A stretch of 64,000 bases of DNA from Nitrosopumilus sp. (lineage in GTDB: Archaea; Thermoproteota; Nitrososphaeria; Nitrososphaerales; Nitrosopumilaceae). This document shows positions 29,219 to 40,833 of this stretch, piece by piece. Position 1 is the stretch's first letter; each line of letters begins with the position of its first letter. The stretch lies in NCBI GenBank assembly GCA_965205215.1, contig OZ242041.1, forward strand, positions 1,984,001-2,048,000, given 5' to 3'. The translations under genes and the position numbers were made by a program. The notes beneath the pieces are model-generated. The model was not told the DNA's origin. It did no database searches and was given only the letters and a program-made list of their open reading frames with translations.

Positions 29219-30223
29219 ATGAAAACAGCAGCAGTTCGCGTGGAACAGAATCCGGCACCAAAGTCCGTACTGCACGTAGGCGAAGCGGCGGCAGTTGCCA
29301 GTGTCCTGGCAAAGTTTCAGCGCAAGCTGGGCATGAAAGCAGACGTAATGTCGCTGCAAGAAGAAGATCCGTATGGGTATGTGAGGTTTTACGGTTGCGG
29401 CATAGAAGTCAGACAACCAAAGCTACACCGCATGCTTTCTGCTGCCATCCACAAATGGCGGTACCGCGCTGCGAGAGAGAGGAAAATGAAAGCAAATGTT
29501 GAGCCCCGGAAGGATCTAACGCCGTACGAGGTAACCGAAAACAGATTATTGTTCAGGATGGGATTGCAGCGCCGCTGGTACTTGCAACAAATAATAGATA
29601 GTGCCGAACCATACGATATAATCCACCTGCATTTTTACCCGCAGTTTGCGCCACACATAAGATCAAGGTTTCCAAGAAAAAACATAGTAATACACCACCA
29701 TGGCACGGCGCTCAGAAATGCCACCCCCACCTATCGCAGAATCCAGAAAGAATATGAAAAGTCAGCAGACTTGGTACTTGTGTCGACTGAGGACCTATTA
29801 CATTATCTAGATGGCGCCGACGGAACTCACCTGCCAAATCCGTGCGATACAGACGTGTTTTATCCGTCAGAGACACCTCTAAAACATGAAAAAATGCTAC
29901 GTATCAAAAACCCGCACGTCTCAGACGTATGGGCCGATTCAGCGTACAAAAAACTGAATCTAGGCTTGCCGTATACCGTACTAGATCGGAACATACAGTA
30001 TGGCAATATGCGCAACACACTATGTAACTATACGCACTATATCGACTGGACGCCGGCATACATTGAACGGCATAATCATTCCACACTCGGATTGCAGGCA
30101 CTGGCATGCGGGCTCACGGTTTTAGGGATAGATTTTAAAATGCATTCGGGAGGATTGCCACCCGAGCACCAGCCTCATAATGTGGTAACACAATTAAACA
30201 AATTATATGAATTCCCTAATTAG
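29219..30223 (+). CDS. Glycosyltransferase (GT4-like)
   Basis: VLHVGEAA..ASVLAK, DIIHLH, HGT..R, PNP.D, LQALACG; low GC. Confidence 0.7.
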   Translation: MKTAAVRVEQNPAPKSVLHVGEAAAVASVLAKFQRKLGMKADVMSLQEEDPYGYVRFYGCGIEVRQPKLHRMLSAAIHKWRYRAARERKMKANVEPRKDLTPYEVTENRLLFRMGLQRRWYLQQIIDSAEPYDIIHLHFYPQFAPHIRSRFPRKNIVIHHHGTALRNATPTYRRIQKEYEKSADLVLVSTEDLLHYLDGADGTHLPNPCDTDVFYPSETPLKHEKMLRIKNPHVSDVWADSAYKKLNLGLPYTVLDRNIQYGNMRNTLCNYTHYIDWTPAYIERHNHSTLGLQALACGLTVLGIDFKMHSGGLPPEHQPHNVVTQLNKLYEFPN

Positions 30224-31255
30224 AGAGACAAGGCGGTCAGCCGCCACGTCATTGCTGAAATTCTCCAGGGCGTACTTACGCCCCATGTCGGCTATGCCGG
30301 CATACGAGTCTGGATTGTCAAGGAACTTTTCGAACTTTTCGCGACAGTTGTGCTCGTCTATTGCGACGCAGTTGATACCATCGCGAAATCCCAGATAATC
30401 GCCGTAATTACGATCGGTGATCTCCATAAAGGCAAGACAGCCGGCGGCCGCGATCTCCCAGTATTTGATGGTAGGGTAAAACGTGGTAGCCGCAATCGCT
30501 CCGCAGTAATTGGACAACAATTGCTCATACGGTAGGTCGCGTGCGAAGTTTGTTTGATCGGTGACATACGGCAGTAACTTGCAGTCCGTCCTTAACTTGT
30601 AGAAATGATACTGTGTGTGATGCGGGTATCTCAACTTCCTATACATGGAAATATTTGGCTCTGTTAATCGGAGAGCCCATATCAGCTGGCGCTTTATCGA
30701 ATATCTCATGCTGCGTGACAGCCACTTCAAGTATGGCATTCTGTCTGCGAGCGGGTCAACGTCGTCTGCGGCGCCGCTGACCAGTATCTGCTCCTTGATA
30801 CGCTGATCATACGGCTTTGGTGCTTTGTACAGAGACGGTTCAACACCGAAGAATATAGTCTTGTAATTCATATGAGTAGGATACCAGTCGTAAAAATACT
30901 TCGCGGATATAAAGCTGAATAAACAGTCGACCCCCCACTCATCATAATTTTTGGCGCCCGTGCCATATCTCTTTGAATCATGAGGATCTCCAATCCTTGC
31001 CAGCACAGGCACACCCAGTGATTTTAGGCCGGTGATTTTCGGTATGTTGTAGTTGCGTATGGCAGCTAGAACTATTGCATCCGTCTTCCCCCTCAGACTA
31101 GTGGCATCAAACTCCTCGGATATTGGAAGCCGGGTGTATTCTACATCTGGATGTTCTGATAGGGCCCGTACCAAAAAGTTGTAGTTAGTAGTGTCAAAGT
31201 GTTTTCCACTATAAAACACATCGTTGCCGTGATGTATGAATGTGATTCTCATCAC
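30203..31255 (-). CDS. Glycosyltransferase (CgeB / Glyco_trans_1_2-like)
   Basis: KYWEIAAAGC, GFRDGINC, IADMGRKYAL. Confidence 0.7.
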   Translation of the reverse strand: MMRITFIHHGNDVFYSGKHFDTTNYNFLVRALSEHPDVEYTRLPISEEFDATSLRGKTDAIVLAAIRNYNIPKITGLKSLGVPVLARIGDPHDSKRYGTGAKNYDEWGVDCLFSFISAKYFYDWYPTHMNYKTIFFGVEPSLYKAPKPYDQRIKEQILVSGAADDVDPLADRMPYLKWLSRSMRYSIKRQLIWALRLTEPNISMYRKLRYPHHTQYHFYKLRTDCKLLPYVTDQTNFARDLPYEQLLSNYCGAIAATTFYPTIKYWEIAAAGCLAFMEITDRNYGDYLGFRDGINCVAIDEHNCREKFEKFLDNPDSYAGIADMGRKYALENFSNDVAADRLVSLIREFI

Positions 31256-31377
31256 GTCTGATTCGTTTTATGGCATATATCAATTAAATCAAAAGAGGAG
31301 TCAACGCAAATGTAGCACGAGTGGGGCCCCCAACAGACTTGGAGAGAATTTCAGCTCAAAGGTGGGATCCGTGACAA

Positions 31378-32480
31378 TAGTGCCGATCATTGAAAATTTC
31401 GCCTCACATGCAGCGGTACAAGAATTTGTAGATGCTGAGTCTGATCGGGCATGTCCTGAAGTATTCTGACACCGCATGAGCCAACTCTTCCAGCGTCTCA
31501 TAGTGTTCGGAAGTGACGAGCCTGTACTTTGCGTCCTTCCATATGGCCTCTATCATGCTCAGCTCCGGCGTCGCGGTAGGCAGGTACAGAACCTCTATGC
31601 CGTCGTGTTCTTCCAGGTACTCCCTGACCGCCCGGGTCTTGTGCTGGCTTGCGTTATCCATTATCAGGAGGGCCTTACCCCATTTGCGGCGCACTTTCTC
31701 GAGGTATTTTACGAACGTCAGGCCGTCGAATTTTTCGTACTGCCGCATGAGCCTGGTCCCGTCTTCGGCCAGGGCGCCGTACACGACGGTTCTGTCCCTC
31801 CTGCCATACCTGGTGACGGCCACCGGATCTCCGACACGCGACCACAGCTTCCTCCCGTTCGTCCCACGTCCTGAGAAATATCGACTCGTCCTGCACCACG
31901 ATGATAAATCCGCGCCTTTTTGTTCCCGATATCATATCTGCGGCGTCGGTCTGCCATCTTTTTATCGCGTCGGCGTCGGCCGCCGAGGCGTACCTGGTGG
32001 TGGATCGTTTGGAGGAAAACCCGAGGAAGCGCAGTATCCTGCGCACGCTGCACAGGCTGTATTGGATGTACAGCTTTCCCCGTATCCAGTTTCGAAGCTT
32101 TCTCGGGGTGAGCATGTTCCTGCTGGCAAGCCTGTCTGCAAGTCTCCTGATCCGCCCGTACCTTGCGCGCAATGCCCTGCCCCTTCCGGGAGCGTCCCAG
32201 AGGCCACCGATGCCACCTTCGTCGAACCGGGCAACCCACAGTTGCACTGTGCGCCGGTCCACGTCTGCAAAATCAGAGGCGGTTTTTGTGGAGTGGCATT
32301 TGAGTACGCCCATGACCGCCATTATTCTGTTGCGGATCCTGACATCCCTCTCTGCACACATGGCCTCCGTCAGCTCCCGGATCTTCTTGCTGCTTTCGCT
32401 CATGGACGGTTCGGCGATCTGTCGATCAATAAGCCTTTCTGCGACTGTCCATCATGAGGCAAAATTTTCAATTAGCGCTA
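31378..32480 (-). mobile_element. IS630-family element with frameshifted transposase
   Basis: Imperfect TIRs TAG(T/C)GC..ATTGAAAATTT(C/T)GCCTCA with terminal TA; HTH, QDES, MDNASQH and PELSMIE; frameshift near 31870. Confidence 0.88.
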
Positions 32481-32768
32481 CTCAAGGTTATGCAGTGCTT
32501 CTGCAAACTTCCCCACACTTTAGGGCCGGGGCTCCTGATCCCATAGGATGTACATCCTAAACATGAGGGATTTGATGATTACCCACGCGCCATAAAAGAG
32601 GTACACGTACATAAAGCAAAACATCCGGATCGCCTGAACCTTGCACCGCGTCTTTACATTTACGTGCTCAAGTATGTTGTGTTAGTCTGGAGCTGGAAAG
32701 TCTAGGAGATATGAGATGGAATAGAGAGTGGGAGGCATGATTGCGCATGATATTTCTTTTGCCTACAC

Positions 32769-34148
32769 CAGTACATGGAACTGAAGCAGGACACGTCCGG
32801 TTCCAGCAGATGCCGCGTTCGCGCATTGTCCGGTCGCTGTACAGTGCCTAGGCCTCTCACATGACATGATCAAATACCACTAGATCTATATGACGGCGTC
32901 CACGCCCGCCCCACGGTGTATAGGAAAAGGGGCGGGCAGGCGCGCCGAAGGTGCGGGCTCGAGGATCGTTAATATCTTGTCCGGCCTGCTGGCCGTGTCC
33001 GGCGTGTCGTTCTCGACAAAACGCAGGACGCGGTACGGGCTACAGGAGTGGACGGCGATCCTGATCGAGATGTGCAACAAGCGCACGACGGCCGAGGCCG
33101 CGGCCAGGAACCTCGGCGCCTCGAAAAGGATGCCCACGGGGAGGTGGTTCCGCGACGCGATGCACACGGTCTGCCCCGCCAGAGCCGAGGCCTTCTGCAG
33201 CGAGATGCGGGGGCACACGGTACACCTTGCCAGGAGGGCCGGAATGCGCGGCGGAGGGGACGTGCTGGTGGCAATCGACAAGCACCTCATACCGCGGTTT
33301 GACGCGGGCAGCATGCTGTTCCTGGTGTTCGCGGCGCGAAAGGGCGGCACCAACAGATTCGAGGCGTACGCCACGATGCAGGTCGTGGCGGGGCCGATAA
33401 ACGCGGTGCTGGACTGCGTAAAATTCACCCGAGACATGGACAACGTGGATTTCGTGCGTCGATTTGTACACATTCTGGACGGGTACGGGATCCGCCCGCG
33501 CCTCATGCTGGTCGACCGCGAGTTCTTCGCGGTGGACGTGATGCTGGCGCTGAACGGGCTGGGCAAAAAATTCCTCATGCCGGCCGCGAAGACCGCCGGG
33601 ATCAAAAGGGCCGTCCTAGAGCACCACCGCGGGAGGAGGGCCGCCGTGTCCTCGTACGTGATGAGAAACGTCGCGGGGCAGTCGGTCACGTACAGGCTGG
33701 TCATACAGAGGGTCAAAAAATGGTCCGAGGTGGGGGGACTACGAGCCGGAAAAGAGGGACGGCAAGAAGAGAACGAGGGACCAGAAGATCATGGAGATGT
33801 ACGTGGTGTTTGCCACCAACCTTGCCGCCGCGCGCGTGCGGCGCGAGATCAGGAAGCTGCCGGAGGACTACCGCAGTCGGTGGGGCATCGAGACCGGGTA
33901 CAGGCAGATCGAGGGGGTCAGGCCGTGGACTACAAGTCGCGACCTGGCGTTCCGCCTGATGCTGTTCTACACCTCGCTGTTCATGTACAACATGTGGGCC
34001 ATAGAGCGCAGCAGGGAGGGGGCAGACCGGGCAGACATCACGCTTGCATCACTAGTACACGTGGCGGTCCTGGTCATCTCTTGCAGCATTGCGGGGGTGC
34101 CGTTTGATCCGGGCGGCCCTGGCTAACGTGCTTCAGTTCCATGTACTG
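32769..34148 (+). mobile_element. ISH3-family (IS4-like) element with frameshifted transposase
   Basis: Perfect 20-bp TIR CAGTACATGGAACTGAAGCA; 5-bp TSD TACAC (32764-32768 and 34149-34153); AID, DREF, YRSRWGIETGYR; extra G in run 33732-33737. Confidence 0.93.
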
Positions 34149-34159
34149 TACACGCATTG

Positions 34160-35257
34160 CTAGTTAGAATCGAGAAATTCGATCACCGAATCAACGTCAT
34201 ATGCATGGGCGCCGTCGTGAACCACATATCGAAACGTCCCCGCGGCCCCGTGCAGATCATATGCCGTTTGAACCGTGCGTTGTACGTCCCCAGACGTTGC
34301 GGCATAACCAGGAGGACCCGCCTCCAGAGAGCCGTATGACATGTAGAGTGGCATGGGGGCAAGGGCCCTTACCCTGTCTATGTCCTCTACGTTGTATTCC
34401 GTTGCAATATATGGGCCTGCAGTGACGAACATGGGCCACCCATGTACTATGTTTATTCCACTGGCCAGCACCGTGGCGTTTATCGTGTCGGGGTTTGCAA
34501 GCGCGACTGACAACGCTCTTGGGACGCCTCCGGAGAGTCCCGATATTGCAATCCAGTCGTGCTTGCTTGACACGTATGACAGCACTGTGGCGACTTCCTT
34601 TTCATGCATGGACATCAAGCTTAACCCATATCTGGCAAGTTTCTCTTGAAATGCAAAATATTCACAATTATTCGCAATGCCACTATTTGGACACGTGCTT
34701 CCGACGTCCTTTTGTCTTTCGCCCCAGCCGTCCAGTTCTAGCGTGTATGCGTCATATCCCGCCTCGGCCAGTCTCAAGCCGATCTTATCGTGGTAGGGTT
34801 CATGCCGCGTCATTATGCCCATTATCTCCCGGGCCGCTCCATCGCCACTACCAGGTATCACGAGAACCGCTTTGCCGTTAGATCTGTCGGGGGGGGCGGC
34901 ATGATATACTATTATCTCACCCAAAAACAGTTTCTCAAGACCGGGTGAGACAGCTTCGGGATCTGTAGACTCCGGGTGCTGGTTGTGTTCTATAAGCAGA
35001 TTAGGATCCATTAGACTGTCTTTCCACATCGCAAAATCACCGATGTCTCGTACGTGCCTTTCATATGAGAGCGGCGGCGGAATCTCAACATTGTGGTAAT
35101 ATTTGGGATCAAGAAACCTGTATTCCTGCTCCATTGGTTCAATGAGTTGACTGGACAGAAGATAGTTTGTAATAGTTCGATCAAACAACATGCTGGCAGT
35201 CACGGATGTTGCTACAAACACTACCAAGATTACAAAAAATCCCACCTTGTAGTTCAT
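34160..35257 (-). CDS. Membrane-anchored alpha/beta hydrolase
   Basis: N-terminal TM, GWGER, nucleophile GLSGG, C-terminal HDGAH. Confidence 0.8.
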   Translation of the reverse strand: MNYKVGFFVILVVFVATSVTASMLFDRTITNYLLSSQLIEPMEQEYRFLDPKYYHNVEIPPPLSYERHVRDIGDFAMWKDSLMDPNLLIEHNQHPESTDPEAVSPGLEKLFLGEIIVYHAAPPDRSNGKAVLVIPGSGDGAAREIMGIMTRHEPYHDKIGLRLAEAGYDAYTLELDGWGERQKDVGSTCPNSGIANNCEYFAFQEKLARYGLSLMSMHEKEVATVLSYVSSKHDWIAISGLSGGVPRALSVALANPDTINATVLASGINIVHGWPMFVTAGPYIATEYNVEDIDRVRALAPMPLYMSYGSLEAGPPGYAATSGDVQRTVQTAYDLHGAAGTFRYVVHDGAHAYDVDSVIEFLDSN

Positions 35258-35445
35258 AATATGAGTTATCAGTAGTTGGGAGTTATATGTTTCTTGAACG
35301 ATCTAGGTACGGAATCGTACCATCCACTGTCGAATTATGGAACCCTTCATGTCCCCATTTTTCAGAGGGTTTCACGTCCCTGTAACTTTTGAGCCACTCG
35401 CTATAATGTATTATATAAAGGACTACACAAATCGGAGATATTATC

Positions 35446-36318
35446 ATGCGTCGGATCTTTTACGAACGACACGACGATGACGCGCGCAAATCGCGTCTAC
35501 GCAACGTATTAGGCAAATGGATAAGGCGCAGCAAACACCTATGGCCGCTATATGATATGCCATACAGATACGTCACGTCAGTGGCTCGTGCGCTGCCCAG
35601 TTGGCACATCATCGGTGCGCCCAAGTGTGGTACCTCATCGCTGTACGACTACATCGTACAACACACAGACATAGATCCTTGCATGTCAAAAGAGCCCATG
35701 TATTACATCGCATGGCACAGGTACGGCCCGCATTACTACAGATCCTTTTTCCCGTACCGCCGCCGCGGGCACATCACAGGCGAGTCCACCGTTTATTATC
35801 TAATGCACCCGCGGGTCGCCCCTCGTATGTACGCGCTGACACCTGATGCCAAGATCATAGTTATGATGCGCAACCCTGTAGATCGGGCGTACTCACACTA
35901 CCACTTTATGCGCCGCATTGGCGTAGAGACAATACCGACGTTTGAGCAGGCAATGGCGTACGAGGAGCAGCGGCAGCGCAAATACGAGCAGGGTGACATG
36001 ACAGAGTTCGCATGGCATATGTACCGCGGTAGTGGGCATTACGTGCATCATCTTATGCGCTGGGATCAGTATTTCCCCATTGAGAAAATGCTGATCATCA
36101 ACTATGATGATTTTGCCTCCGGTCCACAAGGAGTGCTCGACAGGGTATGGGACCACTTGGGCGTCCGGCCACTGAGCATCCCGGACCGCCCCCCGCTGAA
36201 AGTAGGCAGATATCCTCCCATGCGCCAGAATACGCGCGACGAGCTGATCGAGTATTTCAGGCCGCATAACAAGAGGTTGAGCCGCCTGACAAAACAAGAA
36301 TTTGACTGGGATTGCTAG
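35446..36318 (+). CDS. PAPS-dependent sulfotransferase
   Basis: 5'PSB IIGAPKCGTSSL, KEP, 3'PB RNPVDRAYS, YFRPHN..L. Confidence 0.92.
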   Translation: MRRIFYERHDDDARKSRLRNVLGKWIRRSKHLWPLYDMPYRYVTSVARALPSWHIIGAPKCGTSSLYDYIVQHTDIDPCMSKEPMYYIAWHRYGPHYYRSFFPYRRRGHITGESTVYYLMHPRVAPRMYALTPDAKIIVMMRNPVDRAYSHYHFMRRIGVETIPTFEQAMAYEEQRQRKYEQGDMTEFAWHMYRGSGHYVHHLMRWDQYFPIEKMLIINYDDFASGPQGVLDRVWDHLGVRPLSIPDRPPLKVGRYPPMRQNTRDELIEYFRPHNKRLSRLTKQEFDWDC

Positions 36319-36497
36319 CCGGGATCCAGGTATGCAGAGTCATCGCACACACGTCACGGCTCCAGATTAGGTGATTGGGTGCCCCTGTCGTTATCAGCGC
36401 CACACATGCCAAACGCCCCGGACCGTTCGGAAACACGGCCGCCGAGCTTGCCAGAACCCTACGTCTGGTTTAAATTTCATTATACGCGGGCCCTGTC

Positions 36498-37577
36498 ATG
36501 ACCGGCGCTGCTGGCATGAGGCTCCTTATAGGCTCCGCGCCCTCCAAGCTCTTTCACCAAAAAGAGTTTGCCGCGGCCATGGCAAGAAAGGGCTCAGAAT
36601 GCAGGGTGGTGGTGGACTCTGACGTATACGACGGGTTTCCCAACCACAGGATCCCGTCATGGTTCCAGACCGCGAAAAAGGCAAACCAGCTGTTTGACGA
36701 GTTTGGGCCGGATGCGGTGCTGGTTGACAGGAACGGGCACTTTGCCAAGGCGGCATTAGACAGAGGGCTGCCGCTGCTAGTGCAGCTGCGCGGGGATTAC
36801 TGGTCGGAGATGCGGTGGTACAGGGAAACGATTGGCGGGGATCCGGTCAGGAGGGTGGGCAGGTACATCAAGTCCAGAATGGAGGAGAAATGTTTTCGCG
36901 AATCCTCCGCGATACTGCCCATATGCAACTACCTCAGGGATATAGTGGAGCGGAGGTATCCCGACAAGCCTGCGGGCACCATATACCAGGGGATAGACCC
37001 GGCCAAATGGGACAACAGCGGTGCAGGCGGCATGGACCTCAAGCATCCCTGCGTGGGCCTGCTGCAGAGCGCCAACATCTGGGGCAAGGCGCGCGAGATG
37101 CTCGTGCTGCCAAGGGTCATGGAGGAGCTCCCGGACGTCACGTTTTACTGGGCCGGTGACGGCCCGTACCGCGACAGGATACTCCCTACACTCTCAAAAC
37201 ATGACAACTTTGTATGGCTTGGAAACCTGGACTACCCGGACGCAGTAAGCCGGTACCTTGCAGAGATCGACGTATACGCCCTGATCAGCGGGATTGACAT
37301 GTCGCCCCTGACGCTACAGGAGGCCCAGCTCGTGCAGAAGCCCGTGGTCGCCACCGACGTGGGCGGCATACCGGAACTAATGCGGGACAAGGTTACCGGC
37401 TTTCTGGTAGAACGGCAGAACGCCGAGGACGCGGTTGCGAGAATTAGGGAGATTCTCGGCGATGAGGATAGAGCAAGGGAGATGGGCAGAAACGGCAGGC
37501 GGTTTGTGCAGGACAGCTTTAACTGGGACAAGATATGCGGTGATTTTGCCGAGGCGGTGAATCCGGTAATAGGCTAG
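36498..37577 (+). CDS. Glycosyltransferase family 4
   Basis: WAGDG, PLTLQEA, VGGIPE. Confidence 0.88.
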   Translation: MTGAAGMRLLIGSAPSKLFHQKEFAAAMARKGSECRVVVDSDVYDGFPNHRIPSWFQTAKKANQLFDEFGPDAVLVDRNGHFAKAALDRGLPLLVQLRGDYWSEMRWYRETIGGDPVRRVGRYIKSRMEEKCFRESSAILPICNYLRDIVERRYPDKPAGTIYQGIDPAKWDNSGAGGMDLKHPCVGLLQSANIWGKAREMLVLPRVMEELPDVTFYWAGDGPYRDRILPTLSKHDNFVWLGNLDYPDAVSRYLAEIDVYALISGIDMSPLTLQEAQLVQKPVVATDVGGIPELMRDKVTGFLVERQNAEDAVARIREILGDEDRAREMGRNGRRFVQDSFNWDKICGDFAEAVNPVIG

Positions 37578-38845
37578 GAGAGCCTTGCCTCCGGGTCAAG
37601 GTCCCCCGTTATGAATATGCGGTACCAGATCTCGAAGGCGAGCAGCCCCAGAAACTTGTTGACATATCTTACATCCTGCAGATCGCGGGACATGTTCTGC
37701 GCGACCCACTCTCCGCTTATCCATCCATCTGATACGGTCCTAGACGAGCCGCCCCCCAGGTAGAGGGAGCACAGGTCGTAGCCGCGCCGCCGCCAGTACG
37801 ACACGGTGTCCGGGGAGAACCCCATCTTGGAGTCTGACATCAGGCGGTCCGCGTCCATCGTTGATCGCAGCAGGGCGCGAAGCGGCAGCTTTCCCACGCC
37901 GCGCGCCGCGTCGTATTTTTCGGTGGCTTGTATCCCCATGGCGTGCCGTATCATGTCGTTTGAGAGGAGGGGGGAGGCAGTCCTGACGCCAAAGCGGCGC
38001 GCCATCGCGCCGCTTACGTGGGCAAAGTTATATGCCAGCTTGCCGTTGTAGTCTGCCAGGAACACCTGCTCCAGCGGATCCAGCCCGTTGTCTCCAAAGT
38101 ACGGGAGCAGCACCCCCCGCACGTCGTCCCATGAAAAGTTCATGCGGGGTCCGAAAACCCTTTCCTGATCTGGCACGTAGTCGCGTGCGTGGTTGTCCAG
38201 GTACGCGCGCACCCTCTGATCCGGGGAGGCAGGCCCGGCAGCGCCGCCCTTGTCCGCTGACAGAAAGCCCTCATACCGGAACGTGTACCCCCCAAAGAGC
38301 TCGTCGCCGCCGTCCCCGGATATCAGGACGTCGGCCGATTCGGCGGCGGCCCGCTTGGCCACGTGGTACCAGTGGAGATCCCACATGGGCAGCGCCGCGG
38401 CGGATACCGCCGCGGGCAGCTCCCGCATATAGTCCTCGACTGTCACTATGACGTGCCGCTCCACCCCGAGGGACTCTGCAATGCGTGCGGCACGTCCCGT
38501 CTCGTCGTATCCGTCCTCAAAGCGCACCGATATGGCGGTTACGTCCAGGTCCGGAAAGTGCTTTCGTATCAGGCCAAGCACCAGGGCCGAGTCGACCCCG
38601 CCGCTCAGCGAGACGGCGGCCCGCGCGTCCGGGGCCGCGCCGACTATGTCGCGCAGGGCGGCCGCGGCCAGGCGCTCTATGGCTTCGGGCGAGGACGAGC
38701 AATGGGAGGACGGACGCATGTCGCGGGGCGTAACGGCAGGCAGCACGGGCGCCAGCAGGGGGTTGTAGCGCAGCGTCAGGATGTACCGCGCCGCGGCGGG
38801 GCCGTAGGCCTCGCCGTCAGGAAGGGTGCCTGCCAGAATTGCCAC
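37574..38845 (-). CDS. Asparagine synthase-like amidotransferase (synthetase domain)
   Basis: SLSGGVDS, SGDGGDELFGGY, KMGF. Confidence 0.85.
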   Translation of the reverse strand: MAILAGTLPDGEAYGPAAARYILTLRYNPLLAPVLPAVTPRDMRPSSHCSSSPEAIERLAAAALRDIVGAAPDARAAVSLSGGVDSALVLGLIRKHFPDLDVTAISVRFEDGYDETGRAARIAESLGVERHVIVTVEDYMRELPAAVSAAALPMWDLHWYHVAKRAAAESADVLISGDGGDELFGGYTFRYEGFLSADKGGAAGPASPDQRVRAYLDNHARDYVPDQERVFGPRMNFSWDDVRGVLLPYFGDNGLDPLEQVFLADYNGKLAYNFAHVSGAMARRFGVRTASPLLSNDMIRHAMGIQATEKYDAARGVGKLPLRALLRSTMDADRLMSDSKMGFSPDTVSYWRRRGYDLCSLYLGGGSSRTVSDGWISGEWVAQNMSRDLQDVRYVNKFLGLLAFEIWYRIFITGDLDPEARLS

Positions 38846-40262
38846 CTTCGTAGTTACGTGTCCCGCGCCCCACCCCCCTGTACACCAGTCCCGCGGACGC
38901 GGCCTCCGCGGGGCTCATCACGCCCATGCAGTCGACAAACACCCTGCAGCCGGACTCGGAGACGGTGCGCGCGTCCAGTGTCAGCAGCTCCTTGTGCGCC
39001 GTGACTAGTACGGCCGCATCTGCCCCGCGCATCGCGTCTGTCGCGGACGCGGCCGTCTCCACCCCAAGAACCTTTTCCCCCACATAGTACGGGTCATACA
39101 GCCCGAGGCGCGCCACGCCCTTGGACCGCAGCAGTCGCGCGATCTCCCGGGAGGGGGCCAGCTGCATGTCGCGCACGTTGGGCTTGTATGACACGCCCAG
39201 CAGGGCCACTGCGGGCTCGGAGTCCGCTGTGATGCCCGCCTCCCGCAGCCCGTCAAACATCAGGCTTACCACGTGCGACGGCATGGCCTCGTTGGCGCGC
39301 CGCCCGGCGCGGACCATGCCAAGCAGCGAGTCGCCGCCCTCCAGCCCGGATGCGGTGTTGAGTAGCTGGTACGAGTTTACAGGCAGGCAGGGCCCGCCGA
39401 CCCCGGCCCCCGGATAGTGCGGCTCAAAGTTGTACTTTCGCTTGGCGGCATCCAGCACCGTGTTGACGTCTATGCCGAGCCTCTCAAAGAGGATCGCCAG
39501 CTCGTTTACAAACGCCACGTTGACATCGCGAAACACGTTGGTGGTAAGCTTGACCGCGTTGGCCGTGCGGCAGTCGGGCATCCTGATCATATCCACAGGG
39601 AATACGTGCCCGTACACCTCGGATATTATGTCGGCGGTGCGCGCATCCAGGGCGCCCACCAGCCTCGGCAGGCTCTCAAAGTTGCGCAGGATCTCGCTGG
39701 GGTTGGCAGTCTCCGGGCAGGCCCCGAGGCCAAAGTTTTCAGAGACCCTCAGCCTCGAGCGGTCGCCCTCGATGAGTGGCGCCATCTTGGACTCTACAAA
39801 GCCCGGCTCCACCGTGCTCTCTACCACCACCACGGAGCCCGGCGCCAGCAGGGTGCTCAGGTCCGACGCGACCGATTCGAGGGCCGTATAGTACGGGGTG
39901 CCGGAGTCGTCCATGGGGGTGGGCAGGGAGAGCAGCACGACGTCCGAACCCGGTATGGCCTCGGCGGGATCCGTAGTAACGGAGAACAGGTCCGTGCCAT
40001 GCACGGCCTCGAAGATCTCGCGGTACCCGGGCTCGTCTTCCAGCGGAAAGTCGGCCGAGCGTATACGCGACACCAGCGCCTCGTTTACGTCCAGTCCGGT
40101 TACCGGTAGTCCAGACTTTGCAAATGAGAGCGCGGTCGGCAGGCCGATCCGGCCTATGCCGATGACGCATACGCGTACACATCCCGTGCGTAGGCGCGTA
40201 CTAACATCAGGGGCGTCGAGGATTGGCGTGCTGACGCCACCGTGCCGGGCTTTGTGCGTCAT
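38817..40262 (-). CDS. UDP-N-acetylhexosamine 6-dehydrogenase (WbpA/WecC-like)
   Basis: GIGRIG, ESTV, KLTTNVFRDVNVAF, GVGGPCLP, SYKPNV. Confidence 0.92.
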   Translation of the reverse strand: MTHKARHGGVSTPILDAPDVSTRLRTGCVRVCVIGIGRIGLPTALSFAKSGLPVTGLDVNEALVSRIRSADFPLEDEPGYREIFEAVHGTDLFSVTTDPAEAIPGSDVVLLSLPTPMDDSGTPYYTALESVASDLSTLLAPGSVVVVESTVEPGFVESKMAPLIEGDRSRLRVSENFGLGACPETANPSEILRNFESLPRLVGALDARTADIISEVYGHVFPVDMIRMPDCRTANAVKLTTNVFRDVNVAFVNELAILFERLGIDVNTVLDAAKRKYNFEPHYPGAGVGGPCLPVNSYQLLNTASGLEGGDSLLGMVRAGRRANEAMPSHVVSLMFDGLREAGITADSEPAVALLGVSYKPNVRDMQLAPSREIARLLRSKGVARLGLYDPYYVGEKVLGVETAASATDAMRGADAAVLVTAHKELLTLDARTVSESGCRVFVDCMGVMSPAEAASAGLVYRGVGRGTRNYEGGNSGRHPS

Positions 40263-40833
40263 ATGTATGCGACGAGATCCGAGTAATCCATATTTCTACC
40301 TTGAGTTGAGAGTTTTGCCAATACGAAAGCACAGTCGGCAGTCTTGGTTCTGGAGACTCAGAATAATAGACCCAAACGCGCACGCGGCCGGCTCGGGAGG
40401 GGGTCGGTTTCGCGGTGGGTTTGGTGGTACACAGTTTCACTGGTATTGCATCCCTGCGACGTCAGCTGTTCAGTTCATTTGGCGGGCCCTTTGGCCGTAC
40501 GGCGCCATCCCGCCGTCATTTTGTAGGACGCGGTCCTGCCAAGGAACCGTCGCACGGCAGCGCCTTCAGCGGCGTTTCACCAAGCCGACTCTTGGATACG
40601 TCGCGTTGTGCCCAGTCGAGGCAGGCACGATCGAACCTGTGGCGCTGACGGGCCCCCGGCCGCATATCCTAGAGCGCGCCTGCCACCCCCTCTGATTCTG
40701 GGCCCTGCACGCCAAACCATCGCAAATGCTATCACGCGTTAGATCAACCGGTTTCCAATCCTGCGGGCAGTCGGAGCATACCTGCCAAGCACAGCTGGGC
40801 GCACCAAGGTGACTTTAACCCGCGTCATGGAGC

